Shown here: positions 9,296 through 21,321 of the stretch, one piece after another
Position numbering within the stretch: position 1 is the stretch's first letter
Layout: every line of letters starts with the position of its first letter
Assembly (NCBI GenBank): GCA_050014855.1
Contig: JBEKCN010000001.1
Coordinates: 1-31,500 of the forward strand
DNA from: Streptosporangiaceae bacterium
Lineage (GTDB): Bacteria; Actinomycetota; Actinomycetes; Streptosporangiales; Streptosporangiaceae
Length of the DNA stretch: 31,500 bases
Direction of reading: 5' to 3'
Program-made: the position numbers and the translations under genes
Notes under the pieces: model-generated
Databases searched by the model: none
What the model was told of the DNA's origin: nothing
The model's input: only the letters and a program-made list of their open reading frames with translations

Positions 9296-9483
9296 TAGTT
9301 CATCCTCATCTCAGGTATTACGTTCATGCGGTGCCGAATTATTAGAAAGCTCACGTTATTCAAAGATCCCGCTGCATTCAAAGATCCCGCTGCGCTTTCT
9401 GCCGTAGACGCCTGCACTGGCCGCTCACCCGGGCCAAAAGGCCCGGGTTCGCTAGCCAGTTTTGAATAACGTTCGCGGGCCAT
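9295..9483 (-). CDS. Hypothetical 62-aa ORF bridging rplR and rpsE (may be untranslated or non-functional)
   Basis: ATG overlaps the rplR stop (TGATG) and its stop overlaps the rpsE ATG (TAATG). Atypical codon usage; no recognisable homology. Confidence 0.35.
   Translation of the reverse strand: MARERYSKLASEPGPFGPGERPVQASTAESAAGSLNAAGSLNNVSFLIIRHRMNVIPEMRMN
9358..9393. repeat. Perfect 18-nt tandem duplication
   Basis: ATTCAAAGATCCCGCTGC at 9358-9375 and 9376-9393. Confidence 0.95.
9416..9460. repeat. Dispersed hairpin repeat (element A), copy 1
   Basis: ACTGGCCGCTCACCCGGGCC-AAAA-GGCCCGGGTTCGCTAGCCAGT shares both arms with 22647-22689 and 22735-22780. Confidence 0.7.
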
Positions 9484-9881
9484 CAGAAACCGAGCCCGCC
9501 TTCCCGGGCGGCATCGGCGAGCGCCGCCAGCCGGCCGTGGTAGGCGTAACCGCCACGGTCGAACACCACAGCCGTGATACCGGCCTCGGCGGCCCGCCGT
9601 GCCAGCAGCTCGCCGACCTGGCGGGCCTTGGCCGTCTTGTCGCCGTCGCCGCCGCGGATGTCCGCATCCAGTGAGGACGCGGACGCCAGCGTGCGGCCCG
9701 CGGTGTCGTCGACGATCTGCGCGAACATGTGCCGCGCGGAACGGTTCACGACGAGCCGGGGCCGCTGCGGGCTGCCGGTGACCTTCTTGCGCACCCGCAG
9801 GTGCCGCTTGGCCTGTGCCGCGGAGCGGGCACTCAGCCGCCGCCCGCTGCGCGCACGCGACCTGGTCTTCGTGCTAGCCAT
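9483..9881 (-). CDS. rplR: 50S ribosomal protein L18
   Basis: [51 protein letters not shown]. Confidence 0.98.
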   Translation of the reverse strand: MASTKTRSRARSGRRLSARSAAQAKRHLRVRKKVTGSPQRPRLVVNRSARHMFAQIVDDTAGRTLASASSLDADIRGGDGDKTAKARQVGELLARRAAEAGITAVVFDRGGYAYHGRLAALADAAREGGLGF

Positions 9882-9883
9882 GG

Positions 9884-10420
9884 CTACTTCCCAGCCTTCC
9901 CGACCTTGCGGCGAATCTGCTCGCCCTGGTACCGCACGCCCTTGCCCTTGTACGGGTCGGGCTTGCGCAGCTTGTGAATCTTGGCCGCGATCTCGCCGAC
10001 CTGCTGCTTGTCGATGCCCTCGACCACGAACCGGGTGGGCGCCTCGACCCGGAAGGTGATGCCCTCCGGGGGCGCCACGGTCACCGGGTGGCTATAGCCG
10101 AGCGCGAACTCCAGGTTCTGCCCGCGGGCCTGGACCCGGTAGCCGACCCCGACGATCTCCAGGGTCTTGCGGTAACCGTCGGTCACGCCGGTCACCATGT
10201 TGGCGATCAGGGTGCGCGACAGACCGTGCAGGGCCCGGACCCTACCTTCGTCGTTGGGCCGGGTGACCTTGACCTCGCCGTCCTCGCGGACAACCGTCAG
10301 CGGCTCCGGCACGCTGTAGCTCAGCGTTCCCTTCGGCCCATTGACGGTGACGTCCTGCCCCTCGATGGCGACATCGACGCCGCTGGGCACCGTGATGGGG
10401 AGCCGTCCGATCCTTGACAT
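9884..10420 (-). CDS. rplF: 50S ribosomal protein L6
   Basis: [37 protein letters not shown]. Confidence 0.99.
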   Translation of the reverse strand: MSRIGRLPITVPSGVDVAIEGQDVTVNGPKGTLSYSVPEPLTVVREDGEVKVTRPNDEGRVRALHGLSRTLIANMVTGVTDGYRKTLEIVGVGYRVQARGQNLEFALGYSHPVTVAPPEGITFRVEAPTRFVVEGIDKQQVGEIAAKIHKLRKPDPYKGKGVRYQGEQIRRKVGKAGK

Positions 10421-10433
10421 AGCCGCTCCCCTC

Positions 10434-10832
10434 TTACCAGACGTAGGCGAGGACTTCGCCGCCCACGCCGCGCTTGTTGGCCTGCTTGTCGGTCATCAGG
10501 CCGTTGGACGTCGAGATGATCGCGACACCTAGCCCGCCCAGGACCTTCGGCAGGTTGTCCTTCTTCGCGTACACCCGCAGCCCCGGCTTGGACACCCGCT
10601 TGATACCGGCGATCGAGCGCTCGCGCGAGTTGCCGTACTTGAGGTTGATCACGAGCTTCCTGCCCACCTCGGCGCTCTCCACCGACCAGCCGGCGATGTA
10701 GCCCTGCTGCTGGAGAATCTCGGCGATGTGGGACTTGATCTTGGAGTAGGGCATGGAAGCGGTGTCGTGGTACGCGGAGTTCGCATTACGCAGACGGGTC
10801 AGCATGTCTGCGATCGGGTCGGTCATCGTCAT
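10434..10832 (-). CDS. rpsH: 30S ribosomal protein S8
   Basis: [39 protein letters not shown]. Confidence 0.99.
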   Translation of the reverse strand: MTMTDPIADMLTRLRNANSAYHDTASMPYSKIKSHIAEILQQQGYIAGWSVESAEVGRKLVINLKYGNSRERSIAGIKRVSKPGLRVYAKKDNLPKVLGGLGVAIISTSNGLMTDKQANKRGVGGEVLAYVW

Positions 10833-11004
10833 GGCCTGATGGCCCTCCTCACCGCGGTTTCCGTCCTCCGCTCCGGCTGCCTGCCCGGGCGGTACGGACC
10901 TACGGTGTGGTCGGTGGGCGCGCGGTGCGCACCCAGGGGTCGGTCTATTTCCTCATCGGTGTTTGCTCATGGGGGGCCGCCGAGGCACGGCGGCCGCCCG
11001 TGGA

Positions 11005-11190
11005 CTACCAGCTGGACTTGGTGATGCCCGGCAGCTCTCCGGCGTGCGCCATCATGCGGAAGCAAATACGGCAGAGACCGAACTTGCGGTAAACGGCCCG
11101 CGGCCGCCCGCAACGGGTGCACCGCGTGTACGAACGCACCGCGAACTTGGGCTTCCGGTTGGCCTTGACCACCAGCGCCTTCTTCGCCAC
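11005..11190 (-). CDS. rpsZ: 30S ribosomal protein S14, type Z (zinc-binding)
   Basis: GTG start at 11190: MAKKAL...[25 protein letters not shown]...LPGITKSSW, 61 aa. Confidence 0.97.
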   Translation of the reverse strand: MAKKALVVKANRKPKFAVRSYTRCTRCGRPRAVYRKFGLCRICFRMMAHAGELPGITKSSW

Positions 11191-11192
11191 TA

Positions 11193-11783
11193 TCAACCCT
11201 CCCTGAAGGGGAAACCGAGGCGCCGCAGCAGCGCGCGGCCCTCTTCATCGTTGGTTGCCGTCGTGACGAACGTGATGTCCATCCCGCGCTGCCGGTCCAC
11301 CCGGTCGGGGTCGATCTCATGGAACATCAGCTGCTCGGTCAGGCCGAACGTGTAGTTGCCGCGGCCGTCGAACTGACGGGGCGACAGGCCGCGGAAGTCA
11401 CGGATCCGCGGCAGCGCGATCGTCAGCAGCCGGTCGGCGAACTCCCACATCCGGGTGCCGCGCAGCGTCACGTGCGCGCCGATCGGCATGCCCTCGCGCA
11501 GCTTGAACTGGGCGATGGACTTCTTCGCCCGGGCCACAGCCGGCTTCTGCCCGGTGATGAGGGACAGGTCGCGGACCGCACCCTCGATCAGCTTGGCGTC
11601 CCGGGCCGCCTCGCCGACACCCATGTTGACCACGATCTTGGCCAGGCCGGGCGTCTGCATGACGTTGCCGTACTTGAACTCGTCCCGGAGCGCCGGCGCG
11701 ATCTCGCTGTGGTAGCGCTCCTTGAGGCGCGGCACCGCCGGCTGGGGCGCAGCCGTGCTCGCCTCTTTCGTCGCTGCTGGCAT
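11193..11783 (-). CDS. rplE: 50S ribosomal protein L5
   Basis: [40 protein letters not shown]. Confidence 0.99.
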   Translation of the reverse strand: MPAATKEASTAAPQPAVPRLKERYHSEIAPALRDEFKYGNVMQTPGLAKIVVNMGVGEAARDAKLIEGAVRDLSLITGQKPAVARAKKSIAQFKLREGMPIGAHVTLRGTRMWEFADRLLTIALPRIRDFRGLSPRQFDGRGNYTFGLTEQLMFHEIDPDRVDRQRGMDITFVTTATNDEEGRALLRRLGFPFREG

Positions 11784-12100
11784 CAGATGTCCTTACCGCT
11801 CGGCCGGGCAACCCGGACCTTCTTGCCGTCTTCATCAACGCGGTAGCCGACGCGGGCCGGCTTCTTCGTGTCCGGGTCGACGACCTGCACGTTGCTCACG
11901 TGGATCGGCGCTTCGGCGTGGACGATGCCGCCTTCCTTGTTCCCGCGCATGCCCTGGGTGACCTTGGTGTTCTTCTTCACCATGTTCACGCCCTGGACCA
12001 GCACCCGCTGGCGCTCGGGGTAGGCGGCGATGACCGTGCCCTCACGGCCGCGGTCCCGGCCCGCCACGACGATCACGTGATCGCCCTTCTTGATCTTCAC
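11783..12100 (-). CDS. rplX: 50S ribosomal protein L24
   Basis: [27 protein letters not shown]. Confidence 0.98.
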   Translation of the reverse strand: MKIKKGDHVIVVAGRDRGREGTVIAAYPERQRVLVQGVNMVKKNTKVTQGMRGNKEGGIVHAEAPIHVSNVQVVDPDTKKPARVGYRVDEDGKKVRVARPSGKDI

Positions 12101-12468
12101 TAGAGCACCTCCGGCGCGAGCGAGATGATCCGCATGAACCGCTTCTCACGCAGCTCGCGGCCGACCGGGCCGAAGATACGGGTACCGCGGGGGTCCCCGC
12201 CGTCCCTGATCAGGACCGCGGCGTTCTCATCGAAGCGGATATAGGAGCCGTCACCGCGGCGGCGCTCCTTGCGGGTACGCACGACGACCGCCTTGACGAC
12301 ATCACCCTTCTTCACACCGGCACCGGGAAGCGCGTCCTTCACGGTTGCCACGATGACGTCGCCGATGCCCGCGTATCGCCGGCCCGAACCGCCGAGCACA
12401 CGGATGCACAGAATCTCCTTGGCACCCGTGTTGTCGGCGACCTTGAGCCGCGACTCCTGCTGGATCAC
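12100..12468 (-). CDS. rplN: 50S ribosomal protein L14
   Basis: [45 protein letters not shown]. Confidence 0.99.
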   Translation of the reverse strand: MIQQESRLKVADNTGAKEILCIRVLGGSGRRYAGIGDVIVATVKDALPGAGVKKGDVVKAVVVRTRKERRRGDGSYIRFDENAAVLIRDGGDPRGTRIFGPVGRELREKRFMRIISLAPEVL

Positions 12469-12514
12469 GTCAACTCCTGCTTCCTCACGCCGGGCATCGT
12501 GGCCGGCGAGTTAC

Positions 12515-12805
12515 CTACTTGGCCTTTTCGAGGATCTCGGCCACGCGCCACCGCTTGGTGGCCGACATCGGCCGGGTCTCCATCAGCAGCACACGGTCGC
12601 CGATGCCACAGGTGTTGGCCTCGTCGTGTGCCTGGTACTTCTTGGTACGGCGGATGACCTTGCCGTACTTGGGATGCTTCACGCGGTCCTCGACCTCGAC
12701 CACGACGGTCTTGTCCATCCTGGCGCTGGTCACCAGGCCCTCCCGGGCCTTGCGGTAACCGCGGGCCGCGTCCCGGCTGGCAGCGGTCCCCGTGTTCTCA
12801 CTCAT
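12515..12805 (-). CDS. rpsQ: 30S ribosomal protein S17
   Basis: ATG 12805 (MSENTG...), [31 protein letters not shown]. Overlaps the rpmC stop by 8 nt. Confidence 0.96.
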   Translation of the reverse strand: MSENTGTAASRDAARGYRKAREGLVTSARMDKTVVVEVEDRVKHPKYGKVIRRTKKYQAHDEANTCGIGDRVLLMETRPMSATKRWRVAEILEKAK

Positions 12806-13055
12806 TGGTGTCCGCCTCCTGCTCGGCGTCCTCATCGGAAAGCTCCACGATGATGCCGAGCTCGCGCTCCCGCATCACCGTGTAGATGCGGGCGATCTCC
12901 TTGCGGACGGCATGCAGCCGCCCGTGGTTCTCAAGCTGGCCGGTGGCACCCTGGAAGCGGAGGTTGAACAGCTCCTCCTTCGCCTCGGCCAGCTTGCTGC
13001 CCAGCTCGTCCTCGGTGGACGTCCGCAGCTCGTTGGCGGTCAGGCCCGTTGCCAT
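12798..13055 (-). CDS. rpmC: 50S ribosomal protein L29
   Basis: [34 protein letters not shown]; TGATG overlap with rplP. Confidence 0.97.
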   Translation of the reverse strand: MATGLTANELRTSTEDELGSKLAEAKEELFNLRFQGATGQLENHGRLHAVRKEIARIYTVMRERELGIIVELSDEDAEQEADTNE

Positions 13056-13474
13056 CACGCCTCACCGCCCTCTCGGGTAACGACCTTGCACTTCATAGGG
13101 AGCTTGTGGATCGCCCGGCGAAGTGCCTCCCGAGCGACCGGCTCAGACACACCGGACAGCTCGAACATGACCCGGCCCGGCTTGACGTTGGCCACCCACC
13201 ACTCGGGCGAGCCCTTGCCGGAGCCCATCCGGGTCTCGGCCGGCTTCTTGGTCAGCGGCCGGTCCGGGAAGATGTTGATCCAGACCTTCCCGCCACGGCG
13301 GATGTGCCGCGTCATGGCGATACGGGCCGCCTCGATCTGCCGGTTGGTCACGTACGAGTGCTCCAGGGCCTGGATACCGAACTCGCCGAAGGCCACGCTT
13401 GTGCCGCCCTTGGCCTGACCCCTGCGGGGCGGCCGGTGCTGCTTACGGTGCTTGACTCTGCGTGGAACGAGCAT
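13055..13474 (-). CDS. rplP: 50S ribosomal protein L16
   Basis: True start ATG 13474 ([13 protein letters not shown]), [23 protein letters not shown]. The track's longer ORF is an in-frame upstream extension. Confidence 0.98.
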   Translation of the reverse strand: MLVPRRVKHRKQHRPPRRGQAKGGTSVAFGEFGIQALEHSYVTNRQIEAARIAMTRHIRRGGKVWINIFPDRPLTKKPAETRMGSGKGSPEWWVANVKPGRVMFELSGVSEPVAREALRRAIHKLPMKCKVVTREGGEA

Positions 13475-13476
13475 GA

Positions 13477-14334
13477 CTAACCCTCCGCTCCGGTTGCGCC
13501 CGCCGGGCTCGCCGACGCGGTGGCCGGGGCCTCGGCCGGGGCCGCAGCGGGCCCGCCCGCGCCACCAGGGCCGCGGTCGGGACGGTCGACCCGCTCGCGG
13601 CGGTCCGGACGGTCCTGGCGGCCGCGACGCGGCGCGGGGCCACCCGGCCGGTCCCGGCGCGGGCCGCCGGCCCGCAGAGCGGCAGCCGCCGCCTCGCGGG
13701 CCGAGCGGGTCGCGAGCGCCTCGCCCTTGTAGATCCAGACCTTCACGCCGATCCGGCCGAACGTGGTACGCGCCTCGTAGAAGCCGTAGTCGATGTCCGC
13801 CCGCAGCGTGTGCAGCGGCACCCGCCCCTCCCGGTAGAACTCCGAGCGGGACATCTCCGCGCCGCCGAGGCGGCCGGAGCACTGCACCCGGATGCCCTTG
13901 GCGCCGCCCTTCATCGCGCTCTGCATCGCCTTGCGCATGGCCCGCCGGAAGGACACCCGGCTGGACAGCTGCTCGGCCACGCCCTGCGCGACAAGCTGGG
14001 CGTCGATCTCGGGGTTCTTGACCTCGAGGATGTTGAGCTGGATCTGCTTGCCGGTCAGCTTCTCCAGGTCGGTACGGATGCGGTCCGCCTCGGCGCCGCG
14101 GCGGCCGATCACGATGCCCGGGCGCGCCGTGTGGATGTCCACCCGGACGCGGTCCCTGGTCCGCTGGATCTCGACCTTGGAGATGCCGGCCCGCTCCATG
14201 CCGCGCTGCAGCATGCGGCGGATCGCCACATCTTCCTTGACGTATTCCTTGTACAGCTTGCTGGCGTACCAGGTGCTGTTGAAGTCGGTGGTGATGCCGA
14301 GCCGGAACCCGTGCGGGTTCACTTTCTGTCCCAC
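13477..14334 (-). CDS. rpsC: 30S ribosomal protein S3
   Basis: [40 protein letters not shown]; Arg/Pro/Ala-rich tail. Confidence 0.99.
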   Translation of the reverse strand: MGQKVNPHGFRLGITTDFNSTWYASKLYKEYVKEDVAIRRMLQRGMERAGISKVEIQRTRDRVRVDIHTARPGIVIGRRGAEADRIRTDLEKLTGKQIQLNILEVKNPEIDAQLVAQGVAEQLSSRVSFRRAMRKAMQSAMKGGAKGIRVQCSGRLGGAEMSRSEFYREGRVPLHTLRADIDYGFYEARTTFGRIGVKVWIYKGEALATRSAREAAAAALRAGGPRRDRPGGPAPRRGRQDRPDRRERVDRPDRGPGGAGGPAAAPAEAPATASASPAGATGAEG

Positions 14335-14687
14335 TAGCGGGTCCCTCCTTCGGCCTCGTCAGAGACGATCACCGTTATATGACTGGTGCGCTTGTTGATC
14401 CGGTAGGCGCGGCCCTGGGCCCGCGGGCGAAACCGCTTGAGCGTCGGACCCTCGTCGACCCAGGCCCGGCTCACCACGAGCGCGCCGCGGTCGGACCGCC
14501 GGTCGCCGCCACCTGCGTTGGCGATCGCGCTCGCCAGTACCTTGCCGACCGGGCCGCTGGCGGACTGCGGCGCGAAGGCGAGCACCGCCTGGGCCTCCTC
14601 GGCGGGCATCCCGCGGATCAGGTCCACCACACGGCGGGCCTTCCGCGGCGTGACACGCGCGTAGCGCGCCTTTGCCCTCGCTTCCAT
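14334..14687 (-). CDS. rplV: 50S ribosomal protein L22
   Basis: True start ATG 14687 ([26 protein letters not shown]), [20 protein letters not shown]. Confidence 0.97.
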   Translation of the reverse strand: MEARAKARYARVTPRKARRVVDLIRGMPAEEAQAVLAFAPQSASGPVGKVLASAIANAGGGDRRSDRGALVVSRAWVDEGPTLKRFRPRAQGRAYRINKRTSHITVIVSDEAEGGTR

Positions 14688-14716
14688 CAGTATCTCCGTC
14701 TCTGCGTCAACTGGAT

Positions 14717-14995
14717 CTAGCGCCGGCTGCGCCGATCGTCCTTCACGTGGCTGCGGAACGTCCGCGTGGGCGCGAACTCCCCGAGCTTGTGGCCGACCAT
14801 CGACTCGGTGATGAACACCGGGATGTGCTTGCGGCCATCGTGGACGGCGATCGTGTGACCCAGCATGGCCGGGATGATCATCGAGCGCCGGGACCACGTC
14901 CGGATGACGTTCTTGCTGCCCTTCTCGTTCTGCGTGTCCACCTTCTTCAGCAGGTGGTCGTCGACGAAAGGGCCCTTCTTAAGGCTACGAGGCAT
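14717..14995 (-). CDS. rpsS: 30S ribosomal protein S19
   Basis: [31 protein letters not shown]. Confidence 0.99.
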   Translation of the reverse strand: MPRSLKKGPFVDDHLLKKVDTQNEKGSKNVIRTWSRRSMIIPAMLGHTIAVHDGRKHIPVFITESMVGHKLGEFAPTRTFRSHVKDDRRSRR

Positions 14996-15007
14996 CGGCC
15001 ATTGCTC

Positions 15008-15841
15008 CTACCGCTTCTTCCTGCTCCGACGGCGGCTGATGAGCCGGTCGCTGGGCTTGTGGGCCCGCCGGGTACGCCCTTCGGGCTGGCCCCAGGGGCT
15101 GACTGGATGGCGGCCGCCGGAGCTCTTGCCCTCGCCGCCGCCGAGCGGGTGGTCAACCGGGTTCATCGCGACGCCGCGCACGGACGGGCGCTTGCCCTTC
15201 CACCGGTTGCGTCCCGCCTTGCCGAGCTTGATGTTGCCTTGCTCGGCGTTGCCGACCTCGCCGACCGTGGCCCGGCAGCTCACGTCCACCCGCCGGATCT
15301 CACCCGAGGGCATCCGGAGCTGGGCGTAAGCGCCCTCCTTGGCCAGGAGCTGGACGCCGGACCCGGCCGACCGGGCAATCTTGGCCCCGCCGCCCGGCCG
15401 GAGCTCGATGGCGTGCACCACCGTGCCGGTCGGGATGTTGCGCAGCGGCAGGCAGTTACCGGGCTTGATGTCGGCCGCGGGGCCGTTCTCCACCCGGTCC
15501 CCCTGGGACAGTCCCTGGGGGGCGATGATGTAGCGCTTCTCGCCGTCGGCGTAGTGCAGCAGCGCGATACGGGCGGTCCGGTTCGGGTCGTACTCGAGGT
15601 GCGCGACCTTGGCCGGGACACCGTCCTTGTCGTGCCGCCGGAAGTCGATCAGCCGGTAGGCGCGCTTGTGCCCACCGCCCTGGTGCCGCGTGGTGATCCG
15701 GCCGTGCACGTTGCGGCCGCCCTTGGAGTGCAGCGGACGCACCAGCGACTTCTCCGGCTCGTCCCTGGTGATCTCGGCGAAGTCGGAGCCGCTGGCACCG
15801 CGCCGGCCCGGCGTGGTCGGCTTGTACTTACGGATAGCCAT
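15008..15841 (-). CDS. rplB: 50S ribosomal protein L2
   Basis: [43 protein letters not shown]. Confidence 0.99.
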   Translation of the reverse strand: MAIRKYKPTTPGRRGASGSDFAEITRDEPEKSLVRPLHSKGGRNVHGRITTRHQGGGHKRAYRLIDFRRHDKDGVPAKVAHLEYDPNRTARIALLHYADGEKRYIIAPQGLSQGDRVENGPAADIKPGNCLPLRNIPTGTVVHAIELRPGGGAKIARSAGSGVQLLAKEGAYAQLRMPSGEIRRVDVSCRATVGEVGNAEQGNIKLGKAGRNRWKGKRPSVRGVAMNPVDHPLGGGEGKSSGGRHPVSPWGQPEGRTRRAHKPSDRLISRRRSRKKR

Positions 15842-15872
15842 GAGTGCTCAATCTCCTGTATCGTGCCTGCCG

Positions 15873-16175
15873 CTACCGGACCGGGCCGCCGAAGATGTCG
15901 ATCCGCTCGCCCTCGGCGAGGGTGACGATCGCCCGCTTCGTGTCCGGCCGCTTGCCCCAGCCCACCCGGGTCCGGCGGCGCTTGCCCCGCCGGTTCACCG
16001 TGTTCACCCCGGTCACCTTGACGCCGAAGACCGACTCGACGGCCAGGCGGACCTCGGTCTTGTTGGCGTCCGGCGCCACGATGAACGTGTACTTCCCCTC
16101 ATCGAGCAGGCCGTAGCTCTTCTCGGAGATCACTGGCCGCAAGAGGATGTCCCTGGGATTGTCGCTGCCCTTCAC
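15873..16175 (-). CDS. rplW: 50S ribosomal protein L23
   Basis: [34 protein letters not shown]. Confidence 0.98.
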   Translation of the reverse strand: MKGSDNPRDILLRPVISEKSYGLLDEGKYTFIVAPDANKTEVRLAVESVFGVKVTGVNTVNRRGKRRRTRVGWGKRPDTKRAIVTLAEGERIDIFGGPVR

Positions 16176-16834
16176 TGGGCTGCCTCCTCGCTACCCGTCG
16201 CGTTGCCCCGGCTGGTGAAGGCCTGCAGCGCCTCGGCGGTGAAGACCACGTGATCGGCAGCCAGCACGTCGTAGGTGTTGAGCTGGGTGTCGGCGAGCAG
16301 TCGCAGCCCCGGGACGTTCCGCAGGCTCTTCCAGGTCAGCTCGTCGCCACGGCGCGCGACGACCAGCACGCTGGCGCCGCGGGCGATGCCGGTGGCCGAG
16401 CTCAGCACGGCCAGCGCGTCCTTCGTCCGCGGCAGGTCGCCGTCGACGAAACCGCTCACGACCTGCACCCGGCCGTGCCGGGCCCGGTCGGACAGGGCGC
16501 CGCGTAGCGCGGCCGCCTTCATCTTCTTGGGGGTGCGCTGCGCGTAGGAGCGCGGCTGCGGGCCGTGCACCGTGCCACCGCCGGTGTACTGCGGGGCACG
16601 CAGCGAGCCCTGCCGGGCCCGGCCGGTGCCCTTCTGCCGGTAGGGCTTCTTGCCGCCGCCGCGGACCATGCCGCGCGTCTTGGTCGCGTGCGTGCCCTGC
16701 CGGGCCGCCGCGAGCTGCGCCACCACGACCTGGTGCATCAGCGGGATGTTGACCTTGGCGTCGAAGATCTCGTCGGGCAGCTCGGCGGTCTCGCTCGTGC
16801 TGCCGGACGGGCCGACGATGTTGACGGCGGTCAT
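16172..16834 (-). CDS. rplD: 50S ribosomal protein L4
   Basis: [41 protein letters not shown]. Confidence 0.99.
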   Translation of the reverse strand: MTAVNIVGPSGSTSETAELPDEIFDAKVNIPLMHQVVVAQLAAARQGTHATKTRGMVRGGGKKPYRQKGTGRARQGSLRAPQYTGGGTVHGPQPRSYAQRTPKKMKAAALRGALSDRARHGRVQVVSGFVDGDLPRTKDALAVLSSATGIARGASVLVVARRGDELTWKSLRNVPGLRLLADTQLNTYDVLAADHVVFTAEALQAFTSRGNATGSEEAAQ

Positions 16835-17493
16835 CAGGCCTCCTTCGCGGCGGGCGCCTTGGCGGCGCTGCGGACCAGGACGAGGCCACCGGCCGCACCC
16901 GGGACCGCGCCCTTGATCAGCAGCAGCCCGCGGTCGGTGTCGACCGAGTGCACGGTGAGGCTCTGCACGGTGGTCCGCACGGCGCCCATCCGGCCCGCCA
17001 TGCGCAGGCCCTTGAAGACCCGGCCCGGCGTGGCACAGCCGCCGATGGAACCGGGCGAGCGGTGCTTGCGCTGGGTACCGTGCGAGGAGCTGAGGCCCTT
17101 GAAGCCGTGCCGCTTCATGACGCCGGCCGTGCCCTTGCCCTTGCTGGTGCCGGTGGCGTCGACAAGCTGACCGGCCTCGAAGACCTCGGCCGTGACCTCC
17201 TGGCCGACCTGGTACTCGGAGGCATCGTCCGTGCGCAGCTCGGCGAGGTACCGGCGCGGCGTCACGCCCGCCTCGGCGAAGATCCCCCCGAGCGGCTTGT
17301 TCACCTTGCGCGGGTCGATCTCGCCGTAGCCGAACTGGACGGCCGAGTAGCCATCACGGTCCGGCGTACGCACGGCGGTGACGACGCACGGGCCGGCCCT
17401 GACGACGGTGACGGGCGTAACCTGCCCGCTCTCGTCGAAGACCTGGGTCATGCCGAGCTTGGTGCCCAGGATGCCTTTTATCTGCTTGGCCAT
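16834..17493 (-). CDS. rplC: 50S ribosomal protein L3
   Basis: [41 protein letters not shown]. Confidence 0.99.
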   Translation of the reverse strand: MAKQIKGILGTKLGMTQVFDESGQVTPVTVVRAGPCVVTAVRTPDRDGYSAVQFGYGEIDPRKVNKPLGGIFAEAGVTPRRYLAELRTDDASEYQVGQEVTAEVFEAGQLVDATGTSKGKGTAGVMKRHGFKGLSSSHGTQRKHRSPGSIGGCATPGRVFKGLRMAGRMGAVRTTVQSLTVHSVDTDRGLLLIKGAVPGAAGGLVLVRSAAKAPAAKEA

Positions 17494-17506
17494 GTCGGTG
17501 CGTTCC

Positions 17507-17815
17507 TCAGAGCTTGATCTCGATGTCGACGCCGGCAGGCAGGTCGAGGCGCATAAGCGAGTCGACCGTCTTCGGCGTCGGATCGATGATGTCGATCAGC
17601 CGCTTGTGCGTCCGCATCTCGAAGTGCTCTCGCGAGTCCTTGTACTTGTGCGGTGAGCGGATGACGCAGTACACGTTCTTCTCGGTAGGCAGCGGCACAG
17701 GGCCCGCGACGCGCGCGCCGGTCCTGGTCACCGTGTCGACGATCTTGCGCGCCGAGCTGTCGATGACCTCGTGGTCATATGCCTTGAGCCGGATGCGGAT
17801 CTTCTGTCCCGCCAT
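17507..17815 (-). CDS. rpsJ: 30S ribosomal protein S10
   Basis: [41 protein letters not shown]. Confidence 0.99.
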   Translation of the reverse strand: MAGQKIRIRLKAYDHEVIDSSARKIVDTVTRTGARVAGPVPLPTEKNVYCVIRSPHKYKDSREHFEMRTHKRLIDIIDPTPKTVDSLMRLDLPAGVDIEIKL

Positions 17816-17871
17816 TGGCTTAATTGTCCTTCGCTTCCGTGATGCCGATGCCGCTGTCCCCTGGCGTGGTA

Positions 17872-17899
17872 AGCGGCCGGGCCGGTTGGCCCGGCCGCT
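17872..17899. terminator. Perfect 12-bp hairpin after tuf (terminator-like or processing structure)
   Basis: AGCGGCCGGGCC / GGTT / GGCCCGGCCGCT. No U-tract. Confidence 0.45.
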
Positions 17900-17912
17900 C
17901 AGTCACAGCCGT

Positions 17913-19106
<1,194 letters not shown>

Positions 19107-19192
19107 TGGTGTCTCCTCGTTGCGATCCGCCCCACCGCGGTGGGGCCAGGCGCTCCCGTCGGGCGCCGTGATTTCCTTACGTTTCCTTTTGC

Positions 19193-21289
19193 CTACTCGC
19201 CGCGGGCCTTGGCGATGATCTCCTTGGCAATGCTGGGCGGCACCTCTGCATAAGAGTCGAACTGCATGGTGTAATCCGCCCGGCCCTGTGTGCGGCTGCG
19301 CAGGTCTCCCACGTAGCCGAACATCTCCGACAGCGGCACGTGAGCCTTGATGACCCGGGCTCCGGAGCGTTCCTCCATCGCCTGGATCTGGCCACGCCGG
19401 CTGTTGAGGTCCCCGATGACGTCACCCATGTACTCATCGGGGGTCCTGACCTCGACCGCCATGATCGGCTCGAGCAGCACCGGGTTGGCCTGCGCCGCCG
19501 CCTTCTTGAAGGCCATCGAGCCCGCGATCTTGAAGGCAAGCTCCGAGGAGTCCACCTCGTGGTAGGCGCCGTCAGTGAGCGTGACCTTCAGGTCGACCAT
19601 CGGGTAGCCAGCCAGCACGCCGAACTCGGCCGCCTCCTGGCACCCCGTGTCAACCGAGGGAATGTACTCGCGCGGGATCCGGCCGCCGGTCACCTTGTTC
19701 TCGAACTCGTAGCCACCGCCGTCGCCGCCGGTCGGCTCCAGGTTGATGACCACCCGGGCGAACTGACCAGAACCACCGGTCTGCTTCTTGTGCGTGTAGG
19801 CGACCTTCTCGACCTTCTTGCGCACGGTCTCCCGGTAGGCGACCTGCGGCCGGCCGATGTTGGCCTCGACCCTGAACTCCCGGCGCATGCGGTCAACCAG
19901 CACCTCGAGGTGCAGCTCGCCCATGCCGGAGATGATGGTCTGGCCGGTCTCCTCGTCCGTCCGCACCTGGAAGGTTGGGTCCTCCTCAGCGAGGCGCTGG
20001 ATCGCGGTCCCCAGCTTCTCCTGGTCGCTCTTGGTCTTCGGCTCGATCGCGACATTGATTACGGGCGCCGGGAACGTCATGGACTCCAAGACTACGGGCT
20101 TGCCCGGGTCGCACAACGTGTCACCCGTGCTCGTGTCCTTCAGTCCCATCACGGCCACGATCTGGCCAGCCACCGCGACGTTGCGCTCCTCGCGCTTGTT
20201 CGCGTGCATCTGGTAGATCTTGCCGATCCGCTCCTTGCGGCCCTTGATCGCGTTCAGCACGCTGGAGCCGGTCTCCACCGTACCGGAGTACACCCGGACG
20301 TAGGTGAGCTTGCCGAGGTGCTGGTCGGCCATGATCTTGAAGGCCAGGGCCGAGAACGGCTCCTCGGGGTCGGCGTGCCGCTCGACCGTGGTCTCCTCGT
20401 CGTTCACGGCGTGCCCCTGGATGGAGGGGACGTCGACCGGGCTCGGCAGGTAGTCCACGATGGCGTCGAGCATCGGCTGAACGCCCTTGTTCTTGAAGGC
20501 GGTCCCGCACAGCACCGGGGTGGCACCCCCGGCGATGGTGACCCGCCGGATAGCAGCGACGAGCTGCTCCTCGGCGGGCTCGGTGCCCTCCAGGTAGAGC
20601 TCCATCATCTGCTCGTCGTTCTCGGCGACGGCTTCCAGCAGGCGGTCCCGCCACTCACGCGCGGCGTCGGCGTGGTCGTCGGGGATGGCGACGACGTCGT
20701 ACTTGTCGCCCTTACCCTCGGTCTGCCAGAGCAGCGCGCGCATCCGGACGAGGTCGATGACCCCGCGGAAGTCAGCCTCGACGCCCCACGGCAGCTGGAC
20801 CACGATGGGCTGCGCGCCCAGCCGGTCCACGATCATGTCCACGCAGCGGTGAAACTCCGCCCCGACCCGGTCCATCTTGTTGACGAAACAGATCCGGGGC
20901 ACCTTGTAACGGTCAGCCTGCCGCCACACAGTCTCCGACTGCGGCTCGACGCCGGCCACGGCGTCGAAGACGGCGACCGCGCCGTCCAGAACACGCAGGG
21001 AGCGCTCGACTTCGACGGTGAAGTCCACGTGCCCAGGCGTGTCGATGATGTTGATGGTGTGGTCGCGCCACGTGGTGGTCGTGGCCGCGGAGGTAATCGT
21101 GATCCCCCGCTCCTGCTCCTGCTCCATCCAGTCCATGGTGGCAGCGCCCTCATGGACCTCACCGAGCTTGTAGTTGATGCCGGTGTAAAAGAGAATCCGC
21201 TCGGTCGTCGTCGTCTTGCCAGCGTCGATATGCGCCATGATCCCGATGTTGCGGACCTTGGCGAGATCAACAGCCGTCCTGGTGGCCAC
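19193..21289 (-). CDS. fusA: Elongation factor G
   Basis: [33 protein letters not shown]. Likely start GTG 21289 ([16 protein letters not shown]). Confidence 0.98.
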   Translation of the reverse strand: MATRTAVDLAKVRNIGIMAHIDAGKTTTTERILFYTGINYKLGEVHEGAATMDWMEQEQERGITITSAATTTTWRDHTINIIDTPGHVDFTVEVERSLRVLDGAVAVFDAVAGVEPQSETVWRQADRYKVPRICFVNKMDRVGAEFHRCVDMIVDRLGAQPIVVQLPWGVEADFRGVIDLVRMRALLWQTEGKGDKYDVVAIPDDHADAAREWRDRLLEAVAENDEQMMELYLEGTEPAEEQLVAAIRRVTIAGGATPVLCGTAFKNKGVQPMLDAIVDYLPSPVDVPSIQGHAVNDEETTVERHADPEEPFSALAFKIMADQHLGKLTYVRVYSGTVETGSSVLNAIKGRKERIGKIYQMHANKREERNVAVAGQIVAVMGLKDTSTGDTLCDPGKPVVLESMTFPAPVINVAIEPKTKSDQEKLGTAIQRLAEEDPTFQVRTDEETGQTIISGMGELHLEVLVDRMRREFRVEANIGRPQVAYRETVRKKVEKVAYTHKKQTGGSGQFARVVINLEPTGGDGGGYEFENKVTGGRIPREYIPSVDTGCQEAAEFGVLAGYPMVDLKVTLTDGAYHEVDSSELAFKIAGSMAFKKAAAQANPVLLEPIMAVEVRTPDEYMGDVIGDLNSRRGQIQAMEERSGARVIKAHVPLSEMFGYVGDLRSRTQGRADYTMQFDSYAEVPPSIAKEIIAKARGE

Positions 21290-21321
21290 TATGACTTGCC
21301 CTCGTTCCCTAAGCTCTACAT

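Noticed and set aside
2016-11190. S4, S14 and L36 all retain Cys zinc ligands
   Set aside because: Zinc-binding forms are the expected type in the main ribosomal cluster of actinobacteria.
13477-13700. Arg/Pro/Ala-rich C-terminal tail of S3
   Set aside because: Such tails are usual in actinobacterial S3.
13055-14897. Apparent long N-terminal extensions in the ORF track for rplP and rplV (likewise rpsG, rpsL, rpsQ, fusA)
   Set aside because: They overlap upstream genes or leaders in other frames. Conserved N-termini identify the downstream starts.
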